DNA from: Octopus sinensis
Taxonomy: Eukaryota
Direction of reading: 5' to 3'
Length of the DNA stretch: 64,000 nt
NCBI RefSeq assembly: GCF_006345805.1
Contig: NC_043019.1
Coordinates: 15,561,360-15,625,359, forward strand
The notes under the pieces were generated by a model that did not search any database, was not told where the DNA came from, and saw nothing but the letters and a program-made list of their open reading frames with translations. Made by a program: the position numbers and the translations under genes. Positions 1-13,060 of the stretch are shown here, piece by piece. Within the stretch, counting starts at the first letter, position 1. Each line of letters starts with the position of its first letter.

Positions 1-3000
1 TATTTTTTATTATGCTTTTGGCATTGAATGCAACAATATTTAATATTAATCTAATGCTTTGTCTCCCTTTCTTCCTCTCTCTCCCCCTCCCCTTCCTCTC
101 CCCTCTCTCCCCCTGCCTGTGTTTTCCTTTTACTTCTAATGTTCTTCATTTACGTGTGTAAGTAATTTCATATCTGTTTCAAACATTTCTAAATATTTAT
201 ATGGTTGTCATCTTTGTTCTGTTTCTCCCATTTCTTTTCTCTAATTGCTAATATTCTATATTTCTGTTAATTTACCTCTTTTTCTTTCTTTTTTTTTTAG
301 AGTAACTTCAGTTTTGATATTTATTATTATTATTATGTTTTTTTTCTTTTTGGTTTGTTTGTTTAAATCTTTGTTTGTTTAAATCTTTGTAGTATTTTCT
401 GCAGATGGTTGTCGTTTTTCCTAAACAATTTTAGGTCATCACATTACAGAAGGTTTTATAAAATATTCATAGCACTTGAAGCTGTAGCTAGCTTGATTTA
501 ACAAATTCATTTATGGCATTAGATGTAAGCAGAAAAAGTATTGGCGTCTCCTTAACTTAGACCGATTACACTATTTTTCTTTTTTTCTTCTTATTTTAAA
601 TATTGGCTTAGAAACATGTGAGGGTTGGTGACAGGGAGGGTATCCAGCCATAGAAAATCTTCCTTGACGAATTGTGTTTGACCTATGAAAGCATGGAAAA
701 GTGGTTGTTAAAACGATGATGATGTTTTGGCTGGATGTAATGAATTAATGAATCTATTGATCTTAGCATGGATAGTGACCAGTGGTGAATGTGGATTGGT
801 CATGTGATGAAGACACAGCATCTCTTAGGTTATGGATTGTTCCTTGTGGAAAATGGAAGAGAATGCTGATGAAGGCAAAAGCAAAAATCAATGCGTCTAA
901 CAAAAAATAACTTGTAGTGTATCCGTCTATCTCAGTTGTCTTTCACCTTCACATTGCTTCCACCTTTCCACCATCTCTCAAGATCAATAATATAAGTTAC
1001 AAAAATACCAGGGTGGATATAATTAATTAAAATCCTTATGGAACTTTGAGGCATTGCCAGCTCCTGCCAAACTGTCCGACCCATACCAGCATGGAAAACA
1101 AACATTAAATGATGATGATGATGATTAAATTGGTATCTCTCTTTCTCTCTCTCTCTCCCTCTCGTCATGCTACTCTCTTGATAGGTGGTTCACACATTCC
1201 CCATCCAACAGGTTATGCCTTTTTTTCAACAGTTTTTTGGTCATAGTAGAAGACACTTGCCCAAAGTGCCATGCAGTGGGACTGAACCTAGATCCATGTT
1301 GTTAGAAGAAAAAAAAAGCCACAGAGCCATTCTTGCACCTACATTGGTGAATTTTTTCCCACTGTTCTTGACTCTGAGCTGTCTTTAATGACCTTTCTCT
1401 CTCAAGTCCTGTTGGTTCTAAGTTGTCATCGATGCTTCTGTAACTTTGCTTTTATTCTCAGTAGAAGGGGTTAGCTCTATGTAAACCCATTTTTACCTCT
1501 GGGAAGACGTGATCCACATTAGTCTAGTCTCTATCCTTTCACCTGTCCAGCAAAGCAGGCCCCTACCAGCAGCTCATGCTCTGCTGGCATAGCTCTCAGG
1601 GACATTGAGGCGCCCAAGGACTGGACCTTGTGTTGAGGTGTTTGACTGAGTGACAGGTTAATTCTACCATAGTTTCTCTGAGAATTTTTCATGCAGTTTC
1701 TATCCACCAAATTTAGTTCATGGGGCTTCGGTCTACCCAAGGCTGTGGCGGAAGACACACAATTGCTCAAGGTGCCCACATTGTTGGAAAGCAGATTTCT
1801 AAACTACATAGAGCCAACCCTTTTGCTTGTCTCAGAAATAATCATTACTATTTATTGATGTTGTTGGCTAAATGAGCTGGACAAAGATCTTAATCACACA
1901 TTTATATCTGTGGCCATGTGAGCAATAATTAGTATTGATGCAGGCATGGCTGTCTGGTTAAGAAGTTTACTCTCTAACTACATGAGCTTAGGCTCAGGTC
2001 CACTGCATGGCGACTTAGGCAGCTTCTGCTGTAGCCCTAGGTTGATCAAAGCCTTGTGAGTGAATTTGGCAAAGGGAAACTGAAAGAAGCTTATTATATG
2101 TGTATCTGTGTGTATTCATACACCAACACATACACGTGCATGCTTGCATACGCACACACACAAACAAATCTGTATGTATGTGTATATATATGCAAGTGTG
2201 TGTATGTATCTCCTTGTCTTCACATTGCATGAAGGTTGCAAATGAGTATTACTGTCATGGAAGTAATGTCATCCATTGTCAATATCTTGCAAGAACATAC
2301 CTGGCCATAGAGAAATATTACCCTGCTTAGAAACAGGTGAGGTTTGGCAACAGGAAGGGCATCCAGCTGTAGAAAGTTTACCCCAATAAACTGTCCAACT
2401 CATGCAAGCATGGAAAAGTGGGTATTAAATGATGTTGTTTACTATTCTTTTCTACTCTAGGCACAAGGCCCGGAATTTTTGAGGAGGGGGCAGCCAGTTG
2501 ATTAGATCGACCCCAGTACGCAAGTGATACTTAATTTATCAACCCTGAAAAGATGAACGGCAAAGCTGACCTCGGCGGAATTTGAACTCAGACTGTAAAG
2601 ACAGATAAAATACCAATAAGCATTTCACCCAACATGCTAACGTTTCTGTCAGCTCGCCACCTTATGTTGTTTAATATCATTGGCTTGACCCTTTTGCAAC
2701 AATATTTCTTTTGAAATACTCTCCCTTTCTTTCAATCAATTTTTAGAATGAGGAAGAAATTAGCAAAATAATTTTATTGTCATTTAGCTGTTGTTTGGAA
2801 CATGAATTAACAGGATACTTTGGAAGGTTTAAATTTAGATTAGGTTAATCCTTTTGATGCTAACCTACCCAGTACTTCCCCTGAGTCTATGTTATAAACA
2901 TCCCGTTTTAAAGCAGTCTAAGTTAAAACTTTACATCAGAAATTTCATGTTAATGTATATTCCAAGCAGCAGCTCAATGACGTCAAAGCCAGTTTACTAA

Positions 3001-4971
3001 ATTCTTCAATATTTTCCCAATTAATTGAAACAAAGCAGTGTATTTCAACAGATATATGGTAACAAAAGAGTGGAAACAGGAAGCTTGTATCATAGAACCA
3101 GGGACAGTCTCGAGTGGGTTGGCTGGTTTTGAAAGAGTGAACAAGCAAGACAAACAAAACATAGTCTTTAGAAGTATACTTTCGAAAACATTTAAAAATC
3201 ACAAGAGAAATTCTTTGATCCTTATCTTTATGGAAAAACAACGGTGTTGCCAAGCGTATAATAGCGACAAAGCAATCTACCTGTCATTACCTATTCTTCA
3301 TATCACCAAACTAAATACGATTCACTGAAATATTCTTCGGTAAATTAGTTCTTGCTTCAGAATTTATTTTGCACTTTAACAAATCAATATGTTGACAACT
3401 GTCTTCTCTTTCATGTTGCCCAACACCCCCCATCTCCTCCTCTGCCTATTCCTCTTCCTCCTTTTCGTTTGACCATCTACTTTGACCATTAAACCAGTGA
3501 ACTGTGTCAGTCACAAGATTTTGTCTTTTACTTGTTTCAGTCATTGGACTGTGGCCATGCTAGGGCACCACCTTGAAGGATTTCAGTTGAACAGATCAAT
3601 TCCAGTATTTATTCTCTTTTAAGTCTGGCACTTATTTTATCAGTCTCTTTTACCAAACCACTAAGTTATGGGGACATAAACAAACCAACACTGGCTATCA
3701 AACCTGGCTTTCCATTGGTTACGATGACGAGTGTTCCAGTTGATTTGATAAATGGAACAGCCTGCTCATGAAATTAACGTGCAAGTGGCTGAGTGCTCCA
3801 CAGATGTGTGTGCCCTTAATGTAGTTCTCTAGGAGATTTATTGTGACACAGAATTTGACATGGCTGACCCTTTGAAGTACAGGCACAACTCATTTTTGCC
3901 AGCTGAGTAGAGTGGAGTAACGTGAAATAAAGGGTCTTGCTCAAGGACCCAACACGCTACTAGGAATCAAACTCATGACCTTACGATCATGAGCCGATTA
4001 CCCTAACCACCAAGCCACGTGCCTCATCTGGTTGTCAAGTCAAGGGGAGACAAAGACAAGCAAAAGGAATACACACACACACGCATGTACATTCTGTTAT
4101 TCAGTTTATTCTGTTACCTGTTTCTGTCATTAGACTGCGGCCATGCTGGAGCACCACCTTAAAGGGTTTTAGTTGAAGAAATCAACCCCTAGACCTATTC
4201 TTTGTAAACCTAGTACTTATTCTATTGGTCTCTTTTGCAATGGGACTGAACCACATGTTGGTTATCAGTTTGAACTACATGATACATGAAACCTGATTGG
4301 TTATCAGTTCAATCCATGCACTAAGCCAGCAAGAAAGACTCTTGTAAACTCAATTTCTAACCTGTCAACAATTGTCTTCTCTTTCATGTCAGTAGATCCT
4401 CCTCCTCTTTCTCTCCCTCATCATCATCTCCCTCTTGCTCTTCCCCTTGCTCCTCCCCTTCCCCTCCTCCCCAATATGAAAGACATACTTTGTAGAATAA
4501 TACATCAGAGAAAATGAAATGAAAAGAGAAGAGATGATGAAAAACAAGGAAAAATAAATCAACAAAAGCCTTCTTCTATGAAACTAGTGCACACATTTAT
4601 CTTGTTTGTGGATCTTTATTCATAATCTATGCTGAAGTTTTTGGTGGCAGATTTAGTCATGCAGGGGGACTGAACCTGGAGCCATATGATTGGGAAGCTA
4701 ACTTCTTACCCCAGAACTAGGTCTATAATGATATTTTTCTCTCAGACAAAAACCACAGCATCCTGCCTTGTCCATGGTGTATATACATTAAGTATGACAC
4801 ACAGATGCCTATTTTAATTTAATGCTGTTTCAGTTGCATACACTGAGTTTTTATTCAGCCCAGCAGCTTTCCACGGTATCAGTGAATGTTTTATTCACTG
4901 TTTCCTATATTACAAGGGTGAGGAGGGTTATGGATTTTGATTAGGCGTGTAACTAGTGAGTATGTGTCATT

Positions 4972-5037
4972 GAAAGGCTCACCCCCAGCAGTGACCTATG
5001 ACATTTTTGTAAGTCACTGCTGGGGTTGTGGCTCATC
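4972..5037 (+). ncRNA. Candidate pre-miRNA-like hairpin (unassigned family; strand not proven)
   Basis: Perfect 13-bp stem CCCCAGCAGTGAC (4983-4995) / GTCACTGCTGGGG (5013-5025). It extends inward (TATGA/TTGTA with G-U pairs) and imperfectly outward. Arms 4980-5000 and 5010-5030 would give a 21-nt duplex with 2-nt 3' overhangs and a 9-nt loop. Confidence 0.4.
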
Positions 5038-5618
5038 TTGGTCTTGATATGCCTTGTGTTTTTGACACAGCGTGTCTTTGAAGTGACTTTCTTTCAGACA
5101 AAAACCACAACTTCCTGTCTGTTAATGATGTGTGTCAAGTATGACACATAGATGGCTATTTCAATTTTGTACTAATGGACATTTCTCTATTACTGATAAA
5201 CAATGATTGTTGTCATATAAATGTTAATAACAGAAATGATCTGGTTTTATTGTGCAACAGAAGTTCATTGATGTTTTGTGTCGTAGATAAGTGTATGTTG
5301 TATGTCTTTAAATAATTGTAATTTGAGTCAGTAAAATACAATTATCAGTCCACCTGAAGTCAATTATAAACTTCTTTAATGCTATTTCTGCTATTAAGGA
5401 AAGTCTATGAACATTTCAGCTTCCTATTTCCATTTAATCCAAAGTAAACAGCCACAACAATTTTATGACTCAAGACATTCTAGCTATGACCATCTCATAT
5501 TTTATTCAGGCATAGTATATGTAGGACTACATTATCCAGTTTGTCCTTCTTTTTTAAGCTGGCAGGGTTTCATTGATGGGATATTTTGCTGCTTTTTAAA
5601 AAACTGTTTTTGGCAATA

Positions 5619-5783
5619 GGCGCAGGAGTGGATGTGTGGTAAGTAGCTTGCTTACTAACCACATGGTTCTGGGTTCATTCCCACTGCGTGGCACCTTGGG
5701 CAAGTGTCTTCTACTATAGCCTTGGGCCGACCAAAGCCTTGTGAGCGGATTTGGTAGACGGAAACTGAAAGAGGCCCATCATA

Positions 5784-5828
<45 letters not shown>

Positions 5829-6039
5829 TTGTGTGTCTGTGTTTGTCCCCCCCGACATCGCTTGACAACCGATGGTGGTGTGTTTACGTCCCCATAACTT
5901 AGCGGTTCGGTTAAAAGAGACCAATAGAATAAGTACTTGGCTTCCAAAGAATAAGTCCTGGTGGTCGATTTGCTCGGCTAAAGTCGGTGCTCCAGTATGG
6001 CCGCAGTCAAATGACTGAAACAAGTAAAAGAGAGTAAAA
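5619..6039 (+). mobile_element. tRNA-derived SINE family A, full-length copy (CORE-like; resembles octopus OR-type SINEs)
   Basis: Head GGCGCAGGAGTGG..GGTTC, CORE-like CCTTGGGCAAGTG, internal (TA)n and an AAGTAAAAGAG tail. Many sibling copies lie across the window, e.g. 24401-24794+, 44068-44485+, 12550-12900-, 30765-31150-, 50150-50500-. Confidence 0.85.
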
Positions 6040-6179
6040 AAAGTAATTCAAGCAACCATGTATAAGTTCTTGTGTATTGATGTGTGATGCTTTGTTGATT
6101 TGCTGTATAACTTTATTACTCACCACTCTAGGTATGTGAACAGTACTTATTGTAGGTCAAACTTGTACTACTCTGATAT

Positions 6180-6360
6180 ACAAGGTCTGATCAAAAAGTA
6201 CTGGGACATGTACTACGGTTATTGAGCTAAAAGTACTGGGACATGTACTACTGTTATTGAGCTAAAAGTACTGGGACACGTACTACGGTTATTGGGCTAA
6301 AAGTACTGGGACATGAACTGTGGTTATTGAGCTAAAGTGTGCAAAGGGAAGCCACTTGAT
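6180..6360 (+). mobile_element. Mariner-type left end with an internal 35-bp x4 tandem repeat
   Basis: TA|CAAGGTCTGATCAAAAAGT is a mariner-like terminus. The unit AAAAGTACTGGGACATGTACTACGGTTATTGAGCT repeats with period 35 (GTACTGGG at 6198, 6233, 6268, 6303). Confidence 0.65.
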
Positions 6361-7475
6361 CATGATCTTGCTTGACAACCAGTGTTGGCATGTTTATGTC
6401 CTTGTAACTTAGCAGTTCAGCAAAAGCGTTCGATAGGGTAAGTACCGGGCTTAAAAATAGAAACAAAGCTACTGGGGTTGATTCATTCGACTAAAATGTC
6501 TTCAAGGCAATGCCCCAGCATGGCCACTGTCTAATGATCAAAACAAAAGATAAAAGATAAAAAACTAAAATAAATTAATCAAAATATTTGTTCGTGTGCG
6601 GATGTAGACAAGGCCTTATAATTCAGCCCTTTTGTCGTATTTCTGCTGAATTACTCTGCCTTCGTTTTAATTAATTTTGAAAATGTTGGCCAAATTAATT
6701 AAAATAACTTTGTCACTTATTAAGATGTAGTGTTTGGAGTGTAAATTAATGTGAAATTTTGATAGAAGGTTTTAATTCAGCTCACTTTAAACCAGGGAAT
6801 TTGTATGAGAGAAACAAAGACTGTTTCAGGCAGGTTGGTATCAGAAGGATTGATAGTTCAATCTCCCTGTGTGGCAGCTTGAACAAGTATTTTCTGTCAT
6901 AACCTTGCATTGACTCAAACTTTGTGGGGGAAATTGGAAAGACAAACTGTAGAAGCCTGTTTATTAGACTGTATTCACAACTTAACTCTTCAGCAATTGG
7001 ATTATTATCTCAAATGTTATGCTTACTTGTTCACATTGTGTTCAATTAATCAGGCATTATGTTGCAGCTTGTAAAATTTTGATAACGTGATTATTTACTT
7101 TTAGAATGACATTGTAGGATCATTGTCTGCGACCATGTCTAATCAGTTTGAACATAAAGCAGGTACAATATTTTTAGCTAGAAATGACCTGTTTAAATGC
7201 GAATGGGTTAACCTGTCTAGCTTACTTGTTCACATTGCTTTGAATTAATCATGTATTATATTATGGCTTTGAGATATCAATGTGATTGCTTATTTTTAGA
7301 ATAACATTGTTGGGTAGGTGTGAGAGGTTGGATATGACTAATCTGAACATAAAACAAGTAGAATATTTTGGGTGGTTTAAATGCTAAAGGGTTAAAAAGT
7401 TAAAATCCCATCTCTCACTCTCTCCCTCTTTCACACACACACAGATTTTGTCTGAGAATTTAAGAATTACATTAA

Positions 7476-7681
7476 CTCTTTAACATTAAACAGGCCATAT
7501 CCAGCCAAATTGTTCTACATACTTTAGCCAGATTCAGCTTCTTGCACCTATCCTTCAATGTTATTCTTAAAACAAACACATCATCAAAATTGTTCAATGC
7601 TATGAGATAATGTATGATTAATGCTAAACAATGTGAATCAATAAGTATTACATTCAACAGAATAATCTGGATGCTAAATGG
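7476..7681. mobile_element. piggyBac-type MITE (TTAA-flanked)
   Basis: TTAA at 7472-7475 and 7682-7685 with degenerate CCCTTTAGCATT-type inverted ends. Related copies lie at ~7000-7395, 31660-31820, 34570-34660 and 63290-63515. A second TTAA family lies at ~2680-3130, 6570-6860 and 21680-21770. Confidence 0.65.
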
Positions 7682-7776
7682 TTAAGCGTCTGAATTCCAC
7701 TGTTGGTAGTTCCAAGGAAAATCTTTTAAAATACATGTATGTTTAATGTATGTGTGTGTGTATCTATGAGTGTGTG

Positions 7777-7809
<33 letters not shown>

Positions 7810-8049
7810 ATGTGTATATATATATATATTATATATATATATATATATATACGAATGTATTGTCCTGGTTATTGACATTAAACTGCATCTGGTGGGGAGG
7901 CTTTAGTCCAAGAGCACTGGAGCTGTGGGAAGTGTGGAGTCACCCCTCAATTACCATTACTCGCAGGTTTCTTCTGACTGGGAACGGTAATAGCTGTCAG
8001 GGTCCTGTCTATGGGTTAAGCAGATTTCCCAGGGATAGCGGAGGCTCCT

Positions 8050-8215
8050 GTTAATTTGTTTGACAAAGCCGCAGGGAAGGCAGCTCTTCAAGGAGAAAGA
8101 TACTCTGACGTCAAACTTGCAGTCAAAGTAGTTACTCAGTCATCTTGCAATGTTTGTCACTGGAACCTTCTATGGCAACAGAGGGAGTGGCAAAAGTGTT
8201 GTACAGGCTTTTGTC
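8050..8215 (+). pseudogene. Possible highly degraded mariner transposase C-terminal remnant
   Basis: The translation LFDK..AALQGERYSDVKLAVKVVTQ..WQKC loosely resembles the mariner C-terminal pattern L(K/R)G.RFSD..V...V....W.KC. Similarity is weak and judged by eye. Confidence 0.3.
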
Positions 8216-8613
8216 ACTTAAGTCCAATGACCTACAGATGTCTCAATATTCGTTTCATTTCTGGATCCGTTTTGTATTGTATAAAGTCCCATGGCGACAG
8301 ACATCTGTGCACACGCAAGGATGAAAGTTAATGAGTGCAACCAGGCTGAGTGTGAGGCGGCTATTATCTGACAAGTTGTGGAAATCACCATATGTGTGTG
8401 TGCAGAATGGATGTTTTATAGGTAGCTATATGTGGTGTGAGTGTGTATATGTGTGTGTGTCTGTATGTATGGCTGTAGTAAGATGCTTGCTTCCCAACAA
8501 CATGGTTCTGGGTTCAGTCCCACTGCATGGCACCTTAAGCAAGTCTCTTCTACTATGGCTTCGGGCTGACCAAAGCCTTGCGAGTGGATTTGGTAAACGG
8601 AAACTGAAAGATT

Positions 8614-8666
<53 letters not shown>

Positions 8667-11119
8667 ATATATATACAGACAGCTGCATAAAGAAGTGCTG
8701 ATCACTGAAAGTAGATGAGAAAGGAAGATGTGGGATGGAGTGGTAAAAATCAATTTCAGGATGTTAGGCCCCCACGGAGGAAATGACAATGGATCCAGAT
8801 GTCAGGTGATATGAAGTTCTTGAGGAGACCCACCCTCGAAACTGAGTTCTAGAAGTGCTATGTGTCCCACCCACACTTAAAAAGAAAATTTCTCACACAC
8901 TGAACCACAACAAACCAAACTCCATTTCCACATCTCTTTCTCACATTTCCACTTCATGCGCTAGGTTTACCTCCTACTGTCCAATCCTGTCTTCTTCACC
9001 CCGTGTCACTGTATCATTGCTCTCCACTAGCTTCCAACCTTTGAGTTCCACCCACACATAACAAGAAAACCCTACCCCAACAAACCAATCTACATCTCTA
9101 CTCTTCCTCACATTTCATCCTTCATACACTATGCCTAGCTCTTATTCCCCAACCTGTCCTCACAGCTCTGTTCCTATCATTGCTATCCAGTACCCCCCCC
9201 CCCGACTCTATATATACCCAGGTTTCCGCCACTCATTCCTTCCCCTTTGCAGTCTTTAATCATGTTCCCTTTGCTATATCCTGCCATTTATATCATGGAG
9301 TTTGAACCTCAAGGGTATGCCCTGGCACTTGCCACCATCTATATCTCTCTCTCCCTTTATTCAACCATCCCATTTATATTCTGATCCCCGCCCCTTTTGA
9401 GTATGGCTGGCACTTTTCCACCATCTCTGTCTTGCTGTCTCCCACTTTCTCTCTCTCTCCCCCTCCTCCTGCACTTCCCTCAGGTTGGGTAACCAAATAT
9501 TTCCTTTGTGGCAGCACACCTGTTTCTGTCTTCATTCATGATCTCTCTTTCTCTCTCCTGCTGGGTAACCTTGTACCTCCTCTACAGCAAGACACCTGTT
9601 TCTGTCTCTCTGTCTTACAATCACCCTTCATCATCCAACACAAGATCACCTCCCCCAATGCCCCCTCCCCTCTCAAAATAGTTTTTGTTTTTTGTCTTGC
9701 AAGTACTTGGTGACCCTGTCAGTGCAGGTACCACTTTAAAGCACCCAGTCCACACTGTAGAGTGGTTTGCATTTGGAGGTGCATCCAGCTGTAAAAACCT
9801 TGCCAAAACTGACCTCGCCTGTGCTTGTGCCACATAAAAAAATCACTAAGCCCACTCTGCTGAGAGGTTGGTGTTAGAAAGAGCATCTAGCTGTAAAGAT
9901 CTTGCCCAAACAGTTACAGGAGACTGGTGCAGGCTTCTGCCTGGTCGGTTCTTGTCAAATCGTCCCACCCATGCCACCATGGAAGGCAGACATTAAATGA
10001 TGATGATGATGATATATATTAAAAACACCTTTTATTCATTCATGACTATGGAATTGAACCTAAACAATTACCCCCTGAGGAATAAGTTCAGGCAAGGTGG
10101 TATTTGGAAGACCTGTAGTTGCCTATGCATACCAGCCTCCCCACTCTAAACCACCAATGTTATCCAATGGGAAGGCAAAGGCCAATCCAACTTGGTACCA
10201 GTGATTTCGCAACTCTTTTCTATAGTTGAGTGAACTGGAGCAATGTGAAATAAAGTGTCTTGCTCAAGAGCACAACACATAGCCCAGTCTGGGAATCAAA
10301 CTCACTACCTCATGATTGTGAGCCTGACACTCTAACCACTGAGCCATATGCCTTCAGGTATATATATCTATGTGTGTCTGTGTTAGTTATCCCTTCCATC
10401 ACCAGTGTTGGTGTATTTACATCCACATCACTTAGTGATTTGGTGAAAGAGACCAATAGAATAAGTAGTAGGCTTAAAACAAAATAAGTCCTGGCGTCAA
10501 TTTGTTTGACCAAAAAGAACTCTTCAAGGTTGTGCTCCAGCATGGCCACAGTCAAATGACTGAAACAAGTAAAAGGAAAAAGAATAATATATATATATAT
10601 ATATGAGTGTATGTATGTGTGTAAGGCATAAACATTTGTGTATATTTGTCTATATAGTTACATAATCAATGAAATATATGAATTTATGTCATAATTTCTC
10701 ACCAAATTCACTTATTGTTATGTTTTGAAGTTGGATTTGACAATTTTATTTTATTTCATGATATAAAAATAAAAAATACGAACCAGAAATATTTAGAAAA
10801 TGTTTTAAGGAATTCCAGAAATGTATTCTGACCGACTGAGTATATGTCATTACTTGCCACTGATATTTACCGTTGTTGGTGGAGAAGTCTAGATATGCTA
10901 CAAATAGCAGCTAAATTTCCATTGAATCATACCCAGCCACTGTAAATAAGGAAAGAACTTATTAGCTTGGCTGGCTGCATTGGTAAGAAATTTGCTTCCA
11001 AACCTCAGTTTCTGGTTCAGTTCTACTGCATGGCACCTTGTGTCTTCTACTATAGCCCTGGGTCAACCAATGCTTTTGAGTGGATTTGGTACACAGAAAC
11101 TGTGTGGAATCTCATCAAA

Positions 11120-11451
11120 TGTATGTGCATTCCCATGCCGGTGGCATGTGAAAAGCACTATCTGAATGTGATCAATACCAGGGCTGCCTGACTGGCTCCT
11201 GTGCCAGTGGCATGTAAAGAGCACTATCCAAACGTGAGTGATGCCAGGCCCACCTGACTGGCTCCTGTGCCGGTGGCATGTAAAACGTACTCACTACACT
11301 CTCGGAGTGGTTGGCATTAGGAAGGGCATCCAGCTGTAGAAACACTGCCAGATAAGATTGGAGCCTGGTGCAGCCACTGACTCTCCAGACCTCAGTCAAA
11401 CCGTCCAACCTATGCCAGCATGGAAAACAGATGTTAAACGATGATGATGAT
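11120..11451 (+). mobile_element. RTE-LINE 3' end / RTE-derived short repeat (family C) with (GAT)n tail
   Basis: GGAAGGGCATCCAGCTGTAGAAA...CATGCCAGCATGGAAA..GTTAAACGATGATGATGAT. At least 15 copies occur in both orientations, e.g. 9700-10015, 18500-18765, 19168-19310, 25430-25720, 45140-45520, 51540-51780, 62950-63240. Confidence 0.8.
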
Positions 11452-11767
11452 CAGGTGCAGCAATATCAAAGGAAGGCTAACTGGGAGGATAGTTTTCATA
11501 TGTGGCAGATGCTCGGGCGCTATAAATAATACTGAAAATGTCCAGAGACCAACTTCCGCCACATTCCAGGGAGAAAAACTAGAAGTAGTTGATAGCTTCT
11601 GTTACCTAGGTGACCAAGTCAGTAGCGGGGGAAGGTGCACTGAAAGTGTAGCTGCTAGAATAAGAATAGCCTGGGCTAAGTTCAGAGAGCTCTTACCTCT
11701 GCTGGTGACAAAGGGCCTCTCACTTAGAATAAAAGGTAGACTGTACGATGCATGTGTACGAACAGCT
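11452..11767 (+). pseudogene. RTE-clade non-LTR retrotransposon ORF fragment (RT C-terminal/thumb region)
   Basis: Translates as KLEVVDSFCYLGDQVSSGGRCTESVAARIRIAWAKFRELLPLLVTKGLSLRIKGRLYDACVRTA. This is the typical RTE F.YLG...RI..AW..F..L.....K..LY...VR motif. Confidence 0.9.
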
Positions 11768-13050
11768 TTGGGTTTAAATCCTGCCATGGTAAGCTTTGCC
11801 TTTCATTCTTTTTAGGGTCAATCAAAATAGATAGATAAATAAAAGGATAAAATAAAAATTGGAAAATGTCAATCCAGGGCTGTGGATTTGTAGAATTGTC
11901 AGAGGGCTCAGCAAAATTCCTTGTGACCTCTGTTTTGGCTTTTTACATTCAGACCCCACCACCTGCATCAACACTGGTTCTGATCTGTATTTGTATGAGT
12001 TGACAGCCTTTCCTTTGGATAAACATTAGCTAAGGAATTCCGGCCATGACCATTCCCTAGTTTTCCTGACCAATGGAGCTACTGCATGCACTCATGCAGT
12101 GTCAAGTGTTGCTAACTTTGTGAAGTTATATCAAACAGCTGGTCTTATATGTTGCACAAATTTGGCTACCAGCCAAGTCCATCTTGAGAATGGTTCCACC
12201 AGCCACTTTTTAACAGGAGTGGGCAGGCAGTATTTCTCTTGTTTAGTGGAAATAGTAAAAGAAAGTTGCATGGTAGATGTTTATGTAGGTTTGTATCTCG
12301 TCGTGACAATTTGTGATGATTGTAAATGTAATTCATTTCCAATATTCTGCAAAAACATGTCTGGTCATGTGAAAATATTACCTTGCTGGGAAATGGGTAA
12401 AAGTAGGTGACAGGAAGGGCATCTGGCCATAGAAAACCTGGCTGATCCATGCAAGTATAGAAGTGGATATTAAAATGATGGCCATCTCTATCCCCTATTA
12501 TAAGTATAATCGCATGGTCATGCCGATCCCACATTCATCTTACTACCTTATATCTTTTACTTGTTTCAGTCTTTAGACTGTGGCCATGCTGGGGCAGTGC
12601 CTTGAAGAATTTTTGTCAAATGAATTGACCCCAAGCCTGGTACTTATTCTATCAATCTCTCTTGCCAAACTGCTAAGTTACAGGGACGTAAACACACCAA
12701 CACCAGTTGTCAAGCAGTACTGGGGGATAAACAAAGACACATGCATATATATGACAGGCTTCTTTCAGCTTCCATCTCTCAAATCCACTCACAAGGCTTT
12801 GGTCTGCCTAAGGCTATAGTAGAAGACACTTGCCCAAGGTGCCATGAAGTAGGACTGAACCTGGAACCATGTGGTTGTGAAGCAAGCTTCTTACCACACA
12901 GACGCACACCTGCCCCACATTTATGTAATCACATGGCCACATGGCCCTGTCTGTCCCACATTATACAATGTATATACATTTTCAAGCAAAAGGAATCTCT
13001 ACTTGGTCACTCAGTATGCTAAAAATAACAGGCTAATCTCCCTTCTCCAG

Positions 13051-13060
13051 ACGCTGCATG
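13051..13060 (+). other. Candidate 10-nt microexon (ACGCTGCATG)
   Basis: Branch-like CTAAT, pyrimidine tract CTCCCTTCTC and CAG acceptor, then a G|GTGAGA donor, in a locally CpG-rich unique segment. Could be a chance match. Confidence 0.25.

Noticed and set aside
270-530. Stacked acceptor-like sites (AG at 300, 414, 434) with a GTAAGC donor near 525
   Set aside because: No frame stays open from any acceptor to the donor. Splice-like signals are common by chance in T-rich DNA.
2978-2985. Perfect CRE TGACGTCA (also 8106-8113)
   Set aside because: These are isolated 8-mers within repeat-derived or possibly transposon-derived sequence, with no supporting promoter context.
6194-6335. CRISPR-like 35-bp repeats
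   Set aside because: The units are head-to-tail with no unique spacers, the context is eukaryotic, and no cas genes are present.
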